Below, one piece after another: positions 39,054 to 47,517 of a stretch of 64,000 nt of DNA. The stretch lies in the NCBI GenBank assembly GCA_049591615.1, contig JBAWFD010000048.1, forward strand, positions 213-64,212. The letters are read 5' to 3'. Within the stretch, counting starts at the first letter, position 1. Every line of letters begins with the position of its first letter. The position numbers were made by a program, and so were the translations under genes. Origin of the DNA: Gammaproteobacteria bacterium. Its GTDB lineage: Bacteria; Pseudomonadota; Gammaproteobacteria; Natronospirales; REEB76. Under the pieces are notes generated by a model, which did no database searches, had not been told where the DNA came from, and saw only the letters and a program-made list of their open reading frames with translations.

Positions 39054-40532
39054 TCATTTCACTGAGTGCTTGGGTTTCATCTGCGCGTCCGCAGCCGCGC
39101 GCCACAGAACCATGGCCGCATAGGCGCGCCACGGTCGCCAGGCTTCAGCGCGCTTCAGCAACGCGGCTGGCTTCAGGGATTGACCCTCACCTGCGGCGCG
39201 CAATAGCACCAGGTCACTGGCCGGAAACGCATCCGGATCACCCAGCGCGCGCATGGCCACGTAGTGTGCCGTCCAGTCACCGATGCCCTTGATACGGGTG
39301 AATCGGGTCAACAGCTCGTTGAGCGGAAGCCTGTTGTCAAAAGTCATCTGGCCTTCGAGCGCGGCCTGCGCCAATGAGCGGATAGAAAGTGCACGTGCTT
39401 GCGGCAAGCCGGTGAGTTTCGCTTTTGCCAACACCGCAGGTTGGGGGAATACATGCGTGAGGCCGAGTGCATTAGCACACTGCAAGGGTTCGCCGAAGTC
39501 TTGCACCAGCCGTCCTGCCAAGGTTGTGGCGCCGCGCACCGTCACCTGCTGACCGAGGATGGCGCGCACTGCCAGTTCGAAACCATCCCAGGCCCCCGGC
39601 ACGCGCAGGCCCGCATGCCGTTTTAAGTGAGGCGACAGCAACGGGTCACGGCGAAATGTCCGGGCGATGACGGCCGGATCGGCGGACACATCGAACATGG
39701 CGCGCAAGCGCGTCACGATCTGCAACAGTCTGGCCGGATCCGTGAAAACCACGTGCGCTTCCAGAGCGTTGGCACTTTTCAGCTGCTGCACTTCAAGCAC
39801 ACCCTGCCGGCCATCGAAGGCAATGCTGCGGCGATAGGTACAGTCCACGACCGCTTCCACACCTGGCGTGGCGCGTGCTGCCAGAAACGTCAGCAAGGAT
39901 TTCCAGTCATACGGCGGCCGATAAGCCAGCCGGAAAACGTACTCTCCGGGTTCCGTGGAAGACGATGCCGCTTTGTGCATATGCCGCAATTCCGTCGGCG
40001 TGCGTCCGTACAATTTGGAAAATGTAGCGTTGAAACGGCGGATGCTCTGGAAACCCGATGCCAACGCCACCTGCGCCATGGGCAGATCGGTATCGCTGAT
40101 CAGCTGTTTGGCGAAATGCAGCCTGCGTGTCTGGGCCACGGCTATGGGGGAAGCTCCGAGATGCTGCAGGAACAGCCGGTCCAGATGGCGCGGACTGACA
40201 CCCAGGCGCGTGGACAGGTTTTCCACGCTGTCCTCATCCAGTGCGCCTTCTGAGATCAGTCGCAATCCGCGGCTCACGGTCGCTGAAGTGCCGTTCCAGG
40301 CGGGGGTGCCGGGCGCAGTCTCCGGCCGGCAGCGCAGGCACGGACGGAATCCGGCTTCCGCTGCGGCCGCGGCCGTAGGGAAATAACGCACGTGCTGGCG
40401 TTTAGCACCGGGCGCAGGGCAAACGCAGCGGCAATAAATGCCGGTGGTGGTAACGCCGATGAAGAAACGGCCATCGTAGCGCGCATCGTGGGCGAGGCGC
40501 GCCTGTTCACAAGCCTTTTGGTCCAGTTGCAC
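39054..40532 (-). CDS. Ada N-terminal Zn domain + AraC HTH + AlkA (DNA-3-methyladenine glycosylase II) fusion
   Basis: Ada_Zn-like N-terminus (DARYDGRFFIGVTTTGIYCRCVCP...FRPCLRCRPE), AraC HTH (IRRFNATFSKLYGRTPTELR), and C-terminal HhH-GPD (IKGIGDWTAHYVAMRALGDPDAFPASD). GTG start. Confidence 0.85.
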   Translation of the reverse strand: MQLDQKACEQARLAHDARYDGRFFIGVTTTGIYCRCVCPAPGAKRQHVRYFPTAAAAAEAGFRPCLRCRPETAPGTPAWNGTSATVSRGLRLISEGALDEDSVENLSTRLGVSPRHLDRLFLQHLGASPIAVAQTRRLHFAKQLISDTDLPMAQVALASGFQSIRRFNATFSKLYGRTPTELRHMHKAASSSTEPGEYVFRLAYRPPYDWKSLLTFLAARATPGVEAVVDCTYRRSIAFDGRQGVLEVQQLKSANALEAHVVFTDPARLLQIVTRLRAMFDVSADPAVIARTFRRDPLLSPHLKRHAGLRVPGAWDGFELAVRAILGQQVTVRGATTLAGRLVQDFGEPLQCANALGLTHVFPQPAVLAKAKLTGLPQARALSIRSLAQAALEGQMTFDNRLPLNELLTRFTRIKGIGDWTAHYVAMRALGDPDAFPASDLVLLRAAGEGQSLKPAALLKRAEAWRPWRAYAAMVLWRAAADAQMKPKHSVK

Positions 40533-40627
40533 CGCTTTGTGCCTGTCAATACAGAAGAACGGTGCTCACCTTATACTCTTGCTGCCAGTCTGACTAGCCG
40601 TTTTCGGACATGGATATTTAGGACTCC

Positions 40628-40658
40628 AAATAAAAAGGCGGGTCGTTCGGACCCGCCC
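40628..40658 (-). terminator. Rho-independent terminator after the PrcB-like lipoprotein gene
   Basis: Stem GGCGGGTC/GACCCGCC (40637-40657) with a 5-nt loop. On the minus strand it is followed by TTTTTATT. Confidence 0.65.
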
Positions 40659-40687
40659 TGTACGTAGTTAGTAATATCAAACGTTGC

Positions 40688-41158
40688 TCAACCGCCGCAC
40701 GCAGGGGCTCTTTCTGATTGGGGATTGAAATTGACTGATTTCGTAGAAGCCGGAATCGTAGCGATCAGGAATGGTTCTGATTTGGAAACCTGTACGTGGG
40801 GGCAATTCTGTCCGGGTTGTATGCCATCAAATGTCACTTCGATATCAGCGCCAGAAGTGTCGACCTTGCTGATACGGATTCTAAAGCCACCGGTCGGCTG
40901 TTCACCGATGAATATAGCCAGCACCATATCCTTGGAGAAATCCACCACCGGTTTGTCCGGCGCGCCTGATTGATTTGCAAAAGCCTTGCTCCACATGGCG
41001 TCGAAATCAGCCTGGTTATGGATGTCTTGATACATCTGATCCTTGATATTGCTGTGACTGCCGGTGGCCAGAATATTGGCTCCGGAATCGCCGCCGCCCA
41101 TGCTGGCGCAGCCCACCATCAACAACGCAGTCACCGCTGAAAGAATCAGTGATTTCAT
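40688..41158 (-). CDS. Lipoprotein with PrcB_C-like domain
   Basis: The start at ATG 41158 gives MKSLILSAVTALLMVGCAS (lipobox). The C-terminal pattern MVLAIFIGEQPTGGFRIRISKV resembles the PrcB C-terminal family as I remember it. Confidence 0.6.
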   Translation of the reverse strand: MKSLILSAVTALLMVGCASMGGGDSGANILATGSHSNIKDQMYQDIHNQADFDAMWSKAFANQSGAPDKPVVDFSKDMVLAIFIGEQPTGGFRIRISKVDTSGADIEVTFDGIQPGQNCPHVQVSKSEPFLIATIPASTKSVNFNPQSERAPACGG

Positions 41159-41220
41159 GGAATTACTATTCACAACACACCTCCAATTTCGGTTAAGGCT
41201 CAATTGTACGCCACGCGATA

Positions 41221-41922
41221 TCAACGCGCCTGTTTCAACAGATACACGATGCTCACATCCGCGGTCACATCGATGCTGCCAGGTTCGTAGTCGGCTGCCT
41301 CAGACGTGGGCGCCGCCCGCCCCGACATCACCACAGGGCGCGGACTGAAACCAGAATTCTCGGTGATGCTATACACGGCACCCAGATCAACACCGGCGGC
41401 CCCGGCCAGCGCCAGTGCGCGCTGATGCGCATCATCCACGGCCTTGGCCAGCGCCTGCTGGCGCAATTGCGGCATGCCGCTGTGGTCCAGCGTGGTGCTA
41501 TCGACCGTATTGACACCCGCTTTTACCAAAGCGCTCACCAGATCCGCGTATAGCGGCAGGTCGCACAAGGTGATCTGGATACGCCGGCTCACGTGCTGGC
41601 CCATGAATATCTGGTTGTTGCCCTGCCAGCGGTATTCCGGCCATATGGAGATGTTGCCGGCACTGATGTCGCGTGCAGCGATGCCGAGTTTTTTTGCAGC
41701 ATCGATCACTTGCGCAGCACGGCGCTCGACATCGGCGCGCGCGTTAGCCAGATCCTTATCGGTTTTCTCGATGCTTATCGAAATATGCGCCATGTCCGGC
41801 ACCACGCTCAGAGTGCCATGACCGGAAACTTGAATATATGGCATCGCAGGCAGCGCATCCGCCAATGCCAAGGTGGGAATCAGCAGCAGCAAGGCGATGC
41901 AATTTCGGATGCTTGACGGCAT
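41221..41922 (-). CDS. SIMPL/DUF541 periplasmic protein
   Basis: The start at ATG 41922 gives a signal peptide MPSSIRNCIALLLLIPTLALA followed by YIQVSGHGTLSVVPDMAHISISIE, which is typical of SIMPL. The track ORF (to 42393) overlaps the upstream gene in another frame. Confidence 0.75.
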   Translation of the reverse strand: MPSSIRNCIALLLLIPTLALADALPAMPYIQVSGHGTLSVVPDMAHISISIEKTDKDLANARADVERRAAQVIDAAKKLGIAARDISAGNISIWPEYRWQGNNQIFMGQHVSRRIQITLCDLPLYADLVSALVKAGVNTVDSTTLDHSGMPQLRQQALAKAVDDAHQRALALAGAAGVDLGAVYSITENSGFSPRPVVMSGRAAPTSEAADYEPGSIDVTADVSIVYLLKQAR

Positions 41923-41930
41923 AGCCTGCT

Positions 41931-42935
41931 TCACTCGGCCAGGATATAGGCGAACATCAGCGGCGCCACGATGGTGGCATCGGACTCGATGATGAACTTG
42001 GGTGTATCCGCGCCCAGCTTGCCCCAAGTAATCTTCTCGTTGGGTACCGCGCCGGAATAGGAACCGTAGCTGGTGGTGGAATCGCTGATCTGGCAGAAAT
42101 ACGCCCATAAGGGTGTGTCCTGCCGCATATCCTGCTCTAGCATGGGTACCACGCAGATGGGGAAATCGCCGGCGATACCGCCACCGATCTGAAAGAAGCC
42201 CACGCCTTTGCCAGCGGAGTACTTCTGGTACCAGTCGGCGAGATACATCATGTACTCGATGCCGGTGCGTACCGTGTGTACATGCTGCACATCGCCCTTG
42301 AGACAATGGGCTGCGTAGATATTTCCGAGGGTGGAATCCTCCCAGCCGGGAACGATGATGGGCAGGTTCTTTTCCGCCGCCGCCACCATCCACGAATCCC
42401 TGGAGTCGATCTGGTGATACTGCTTGAGTGCACCGCTGCGGATGATCTTGTACATGAATTCATGGGGAAAGAAACACTCGCCCTGCTTGTCCGCAGCCCG
42501 CCATTCGCTCAGCACTGCTTTCTCGATGCGGCGGATGGCCTCGCCTTCCGGTATGCAGGTGTCGGTGACCCGGTTCAGGTGCCGGTCCAGCAGTTTCTGT
42601 TCCTCTGCCGGAGTCAGTTCACGGTATTTCGGTACGCGCACGTAATGGTCGTGGGCCACCAAATTGAAAATGTCTTCCTCAAGGTTCGCGCCAGTGCAGG
42701 TGATGATGCTCACCTGGTCGCGGCGGATCATCTCAGCCAAGGACAGCCCCAGTTCTGCGGTGCTCATGGCACCTGCCAGGGTCACCATCATCTTGCCGCC
42801 GGCAGCCATATGCGCCTTATAGGCTTCGGCTGCATCGATGAGCGCAGCTGCATTGAAATGCCGGTAGTGGTACTTGATGAAGGCCGCGACTTCATTGAAG
42901 TACTTGAGATTTGAACGGTTCTGCTGGTCAAGCAT
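41931..42935 (-). CDS. Deoxyhypusine synthase-like protein
   Basis: 334 aa with DHS family sequence throughout (GGKMMVTLAGAMSTAELG, TCTGANLEEDIFN, GGGIAGDFPICVVP). Confidence 0.85.
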   Translation of the reverse strand: MLDQQNRSNLKYFNEVAAFIKYHYRHFNAAALIDAAEAYKAHMAAGGKMMVTLAGAMSTAELGLSLAEMIRRDQVSIITCTGANLEEDIFNLVAHDHYVRVPKYRELTPAEEQKLLDRHLNRVTDTCIPEGEAIRRIEKAVLSEWRAADKQGECFFPHEFMYKIIRSGALKQYHQIDSRDSWMVAAAEKNLPIIVPGWEDSTLGNIYAAHCLKGDVQHVHTVRTGIEYMMYLADWYQKYSAGKGVGFFQIGGGIAGDFPICVVPMLEQDMRQDTPLWAYFCQISDSTTSYGSYSGAVPNEKITWGKLGADTPKFIIESDATIVAPLMFAYILAE

Positions 42936-42973
42936 CGGGCATCCTCAGGGTGGGCAAGGTCGGTCAATAGGCA

Positions 42974-43042
42974 GATTGTAGCGGGTCACTAAGCCGCTAC
43001 GGTAGATAGCTATCCAGAGGTCAGGTACATTCCGCTACAATC
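42974..43042. promoter_or_regulatory. Inverted/direct repeat set in the divergent promoter region: GATTGTAGCGG (42974-42984), CCGCTAC (42994-43000), CCGCTACAATC (43032-43042)
   Basis: Read from the sequence. The first element can pair with either downstream copy (7 bp or 11 bp). Confidence 0.3.
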
Positions 43043-43073
43043 TCCGCGGGTCATAACACACGGATATCTGCTT

Positions 43074-44399
43074 ATGCAAACCCAGCGCAGTCTTGGCCTG
43101 GCCACCACCACTTCGATCGTCATTGGCAACATGGTTGGCTCGGGTGTCTTCCTGCTGCCCGCATCCCTTGCACTGTATGGCATCTACAGCCTCTGGGGCT
43201 GGGGGTTCAGTACCGTGGGTGCGCTGCTACTAGCCTGGGTGTTCAGCAGCTTGTCGCGGCGCCTGCCGAAAGCAGGCGGCCCTTATGCCTATCCGCGGGA
43301 GGCGTTCGGCGATTTCGCCGGCTTTCTCATCGCCTGGATTTATTGGCTAAGTATTTTCGGCACTAATGCCGCCATCGCGGTAGCCTTCACCAGCTATCTG
43401 AGCACCTTCATTCCGGTGCTGGCTGCGGTACCGCTGGCGGGCGGTTTAGCCGCCATCGCTGCCGTCTGGGTGCTTACCGGGATCAACATCTGGGGCGTGC
43501 GCGCGGCTGGCAATCTGCAATTGATCACCGTGATCCTCAAACTCGCGCCGCTCTTGGCGCTGGCGGTATTCGGCATCTTTTATTTCGACCCGAAAGTACT
43601 CGCCTCGGGCCATCCCAGTGGCTCGCCGGTTTCAGCCATCAACACGGCGGCTGCGTTCACGATGTGGGCATTTTTGGGCCTGGAATGCGCCACGGTGCCT
43701 GCGGAGCATGTCAAGAACCCAGAGAAAACCATCCCGCGCGCAACCATGCTGGGCACCATTATTGCCGCGGCCTTTTACATCGTTTGCACCACTGTGGTCA
43801 TGGGAATCATCCCCAGCGCCACGCTGGCACATTCCAACGCGCCCTTCGCCGACGCCGCCAAAATCATATGGGGCAGCTGGGGTGGTTACATCATCGCGGC
43901 CACTGCCATGATTTCCTGTTTCGGGGCGCTCAATGGCTGGATACTGATGCAGGGACAGTTTCCACAGGCGGTGGCTAACGATGGCCTGTTCCCGAAATTC
44001 TTCGCGCGCGAATCCCGCCGCGGCACACCGGCGGTAGGACTGTTAGTATCGAGTGTGCTTGCCACCCTCCTGATCCTGATGAATTACAGTAATGGCCTGG
44101 TGCAGATGTTCAATATCATCCTGCTGCTGGCCACATTCTTCGTGCTGGTACCGTACATGCTGTGCGCCATGGCCGAGATCGTGTTGAGCCGCAATCAAAA
44201 GCACACGGCCAAATCGCCGGTACGTAATCTAGTGCTTGCCAGTCTCGCATTCGCCTTCGCACTGTGGGCTGCGGCCGGAACCGGCCGGGATTCGCTGTAC
44301 TGGGGCACGCTGCTATTGCTAGCTGGTATCCCGATTTACGTCTGGCAGAAACGTCAGCAGAGACTTGTCACTCGCACCGAGAGCAATTTAGCGCACTAG
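43074..44399 (+). CDS. APC-superfamily basic amino acid/polyamine antiporter (APA family, AdiC/PotE-like)
   Basis: The N-terminus SIVIGNMVGSGVFLLPASLA resembles AdiC/PotE/CadB. The protein has 12 TM segments. Confidence 0.8.
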   Translation: MQTQRSLGLATTTSIVIGNMVGSGVFLLPASLALYGIYSLWGWGFSTVGALLLAWVFSSLSRRLPKAGGPYAYPREAFGDFAGFLIAWIYWLSIFGTNAAIAVAFTSYLSTFIPVLAAVPLAGGLAAIAAVWVLTGINIWGVRAAGNLQLITVILKLAPLLALAVFGIFYFDPKVLASGHPSGSPVSAINTAAAFTMWAFLGLECATVPAEHVKNPEKTIPRATMLGTIIAAAFYIVCTTVVMGIIPSATLAHSNAPFADAAKIIWGSWGGYIIAATAMISCFGALNGWILMQGQFPQAVANDGLFPKFFARESRRGTPAVGLLVSSVLATLLILMNYSNGLVQMFNIILLLATFFVLVPYMLCAMAEIVLSRNQKHTAKSPVRNLVLASLAFAFALWAAAGTGRDSLYWGTLLLLAGIPIYVWQKRQQRLVTRTESNLAH

Positions 44400-44416
44400 G
44401 CCAAAAACCACCGCAA

Positions 44417-45064
44417 TCAGCTAGCATCCCATCCAAACCGACCGATTTGCGGGCTCTCGATTTCGATTCGATCACCCGGATTAAGCGGCCCCACGCCTGC
44501 CGGCGTGCCGGTGAATATCAGGTCACCCGGCAATAGTCGCCAATGACGGCTCAAAAACGCGATGATCTTGTCTACCTGGAACAGCATATCCTGGGTGTTG
44601 CCCTGCTGACGAAGAGCGCCATTCACAGTACAGCGCATGTCTATATTCTGTATATCCGACTGCGGTGACCAAGCTGTGAATTTACCGATGGCGGCACTGC
44701 CGTCAAAGGACTTGGACAACTCCCAGGGCGCGCCCGCCTGTTTTAATTTGCTTTGCACATCCCGCAGAGTGAGATCGATTCCTAAGGTTATGCCAGCGAC
44801 AAAGCTGACGGCTTCCTCCACTGGAATGTCAGCGCCCTGCTTGCCAATTACCACTACCAGCTCCATCTCGTGATGCACACTGCCTTGGCCTTTGGGCAGC
44901 TTCAAAGGTTCGCCGAGGGCCACCAGGCTGGTAGCCGGCTTCATGAAGATCACCGGTCCCGCAGGCAGCGCATTGCCCATCTCTTTGGCGTGTTCTGCGT
45001 AATTGCGACCCACACAGAAGATACGTCGTGGCACGGGTTTTGGTTCGAGGTAAGTGATCGCCAT
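44417..45064 (-). CDS. Fumarylacetoacetate hydrolase (FAH) family protein
   Basis: IFCVGRNYAEHAKEMG, HHEMELVVVIG and GDLIFTGTPAGVG motifs. Confidence 0.85.
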   Translation of the reverse strand: MAITYLEPKPVPRRIFCVGRNYAEHAKEMGNALPAGPVIFMKPATSLVALGEPLKLPKGQGSVHHEMELVVVIGKQGADIPVEEAVSFVAGITLGIDLTLRDVQSKLKQAGAPWELSKSFDGSAAIGKFTAWSPQSDIQNIDMRCTVNGALRQQGNTQDMLFQVDKIIAFLSRHWRLLPGDLIFTGTPAGVGPLNPGDRIEIESPQIGRFGWDAS

Positions 45065-45163
45065 GGAATCGTCTTAATTCAACCGGTTGATTGGAACTAG
45101 TATCCGAATATAGGGCGCATTCGCGCCAGGTCGCCTCGCAGTAACCTGTTAGCAACAGTAGTC

Positions 45164-46171
45164 TTAACCAAAATAGCTACCAATGGAATCTATGACCTTG
45201 GCTATATCGAAACTTCGTATGTCCAGATGCGTGACAAGTCTCAGATTTGGACTCGGAAGTATTAAGATATCGGCCTTCTTAAGATGGGCGGTGAGACCAT
45301 CCACCTGTTCCGGTTGAATGGAGGCAAACACCATATTGGTCTGCACAGTGGTGGGATCGATCTTGATCTGCGTGATGCCCGCCAGTCCTGCGGCGAGTGC
45401 TTCCGCATTGGCATGATCTTCAGCCAAGCGTTCGACGTGATGTTCCAGTGCATATAATCCCGCCGCGGCAAGGATCCCCGCCTGGCGCATACCACCACCC
45501 AAGATCTTACGCTCACGGTGTGCCTTATTTATGAGTTCACGCTTGCCCACCAGCACAGTGCCGACAGGGCAGCCGAGGCCTTTGGACAGGCAGATGGACA
45601 CACTGTCGAAATGCCGGGTAATCTCCCGCACCGGTACACCCAGTTTCACTGACGCATTGAATACCCGCGCACCATCCAGATGAATATTCAGTGCGTGTGA
45701 GCGAGCAAACTCCACTGCCTCTTTGATGTAAGTAAGTGGCAACACACGTCCGTTCTGGGTATTTTCCAGTACCAGCAACCGCGTCCGCGCGAAATGCGAA
45801 TCCTCGGGTTTGATGGCAGATGCGATCTTCTTCAGATCCAGGGTGCCATTTGTTTCGTATTCGATGGGACAGGGCCACAGGCTTCCGAGCACTGCCGCAC
45901 CACCGGCCTCATATTTGAAGCTGTGTCCAAGGCTGCCGATGATGAACTCCTCGCCGCGCTGACAGTGTGCCATGAGCGCAGCGAGATTGGATTGCGTGCC
46001 ACTTGGAAAGAAAAGACCGGCCTCCTGGCCGGTCATTTTTGCGAGCTTTTCCTGCAATCGATTGACGCTGGGGTCGTCACCGAAGACATCGTCACCTACT
46101 TCGGTTGCGGCCATGACCGCGCGCATCGCGCCTGTCGGCCGGGTCACCGTGTCGCTGCGCAGATCGATCAT
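45164..46171 (-). CDS. ltaE: Low-specificity L-threonine aldolase
   Basis: MIDLRSDTVTRPT...GDDVFGDDPSVN and the PLP-lysine region SICLSKGLG. Confidence 0.85.
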   Translation of the reverse strand: MIDLRSDTVTRPTGAMRAVMAATEVGDDVFGDDPSVNRLQEKLAKMTGQEAGLFFPSGTQSNLAALMAHCQRGEEFIIGSLGHSFKYEAGGAAVLGSLWPCPIEYETNGTLDLKKIASAIKPEDSHFARTRLLVLENTQNGRVLPLTYIKEAVEFARSHALNIHLDGARVFNASVKLGVPVREITRHFDSVSICLSKGLGCPVGTVLVGKRELINKAHRERKILGGGMRQAGILAAAGLYALEHHVERLAEDHANAEALAAGLAGITQIKIDPTTVQTNMVFASIQPEQVDGLTAHLKKADILILPSPNLRLVTHLDIRSFDIAKVIDSIGSYFG

Positions 46172-46241
46172 GGTGATTGCGCTAACCGCGCAGACCGTTA
46201 CTACTTCCTATCGTCCGGGATGAATCCAGCATCAGGGCAGA

Positions 46242-46826
46242 TCACTTGTCGCCGCCTGATGGGGGCTTCTGGGCGTTCTGGGTGTTTTGTGTATTCTGAG
46301 CTTTTTGCTGTTTCGCCCAATCCGCATCCAATGCAGCGGTCACGCCTTTGGTGACGTCGTATTTGGGGTTTGCAAACACCGCACCCGCGCCCTGGCTCAG
46401 GATGATGTCGTAGTGATGGGCCTTGCCATACTCTTCAATCACTTTGCTCAGTTCCTGTTCGATGGGTTGCAGTAATTCCTGGCGGCGCTGCTCCAGGTCC
46501 TGACGGCCCATCATCACGAACTGTTGCGCATCGCTCTGGCTGTCTTGATAGTTTTTCTGCAAACTCGCGTAGTTGCTGGATTTGCTGTCGGCCTTATCCA
46601 ACTGGTCTTTCAGCACTTGCATCTTCTGCTGCTTGTCTTTTAATTCACCCTGCAATTTTTGGGTGATGCCCTCCAGATCTTTATTGGCATCCTGGCCGGC
46701 CTGAGAGTTGCCGATGACTTCCTGAAGATTGACCACGGCGATGCGCGGCCCTTCCGCTGCCTGTGCCGCAGTGCTTGCAAATAAACCGGCCGCCAGCAGG
46801 CCAGCGACGAAAAATCCGTAACGCAT
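46242..46826 (-). CDS. skp: OmpH/Skp-family periplasmic chaperone
   Basis: It has a signal peptide and a Q/K-rich coiled region typical of OmpH. It is not adjacent to bamA or lpxD here. Confidence 0.75.
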   Translation of the reverse strand: MRYGFFVAGLLAAGLFASTAAQAAEGPRIAVVNLQEVIGNSQAGQDANKDLEGITQKLQGELKDKQQKMQVLKDQLDKADSKSSNYASLQKNYQDSQSDAQQFVMMGRQDLEQRRQELLQPIEQELSKVIEEYGKAHHYDIILSQGAGAVFANPKYDVTKGVTAALDADWAKQQKAQNTQNTQNAQKPPSGGDK

Positions 46827-46948
46827 GATGAAATACTCCTGAGAGTTTAATAATAGAATACCCCGCCGGGTGGCGGTTACATGGAACTTTAATCTTTCTA
46901 GGATAACGCATGCGGGGCAGTGCGGACTACCGAACTGCCCCGTAATTA

Positions 46949-47353
46949 TCAGCTCGGTGGACGCATATTCACGAATAGATTGATGACGAACAACAACACA
47001 CCCAGCACGATCACTGTCGAGGCCGCGGCCACCACTTTCTCGAGTTGTGGATGGCCTGCGAACATCAAAAACAGCGATGCCATGGCCACAGGAAAGGCCA
47101 GGTTATGCAACCAGAAATGCCACAGCCCCAGGCGGCTGCCGCCAGCCTGAGGGAACAGGTGGTAGATTACCCCCGCCAGCCCCATCGTGGCCCAGCCCAG
47201 CAGGTTGATGTGGGCATGTACGGGAGCGAACTCAAAATGATGATTGGCAGCCATCACCAGACCGAAAACCACGCCCGCGAGCAGATACAGAACCGCCAAT
47301 TTAATCCAGATTTGCGCCATACGCGCGCCGCGTGCTTCGATGTCAGCTGTCAT
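46949..47353 (-). CDS. Small 4-TM His-rich membrane protein (heme-copper-oxidase-subunit-I-like helix motif)
   Basis: The 134-aa ORF contains HHFEFAPVHAHINLLGW, which resembles His-ligand helices of oxidase subunit I. I cannot confidently name a family. Confidence 0.5.
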   Translation of the reverse strand: MTADIEARGARMAQIWIKLAVLYLLAGVVFGLVMAANHHFEFAPVHAHINLLGWATMGLAGVIYHLFPQAGGSRLGLWHFWLHNLAFPVAMASLFLMFAGHPQLEKVVAAASTVIVLGVLLFVINLFVNMRPPS

Positions 47354-47517
47354 TATAACTCCTTGTCTTAACTAGGAATTTCATCTATGCATGCACATTA
47401 CATGTACTTACAACCAGTTCGCGGATACAGCCTAACATAAGCCTGTTGATGAACCTGCTCGCTTCGCTAGTGTCATAATTGGACTCGTCCATTAAAAAAT
47501 CCCTAAGGAGCTCACTA

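Noticed and set aside
41221-42393. Track ORF of 390 aa spanning the SIMPL gene and part of the DHS-like gene.
   Set aside because: The first 157 residues overlap the DHS-like CDS in another frame and look like noise. A signal peptide begins at the internal ATG 41922, 8 bp after the DHS stop.
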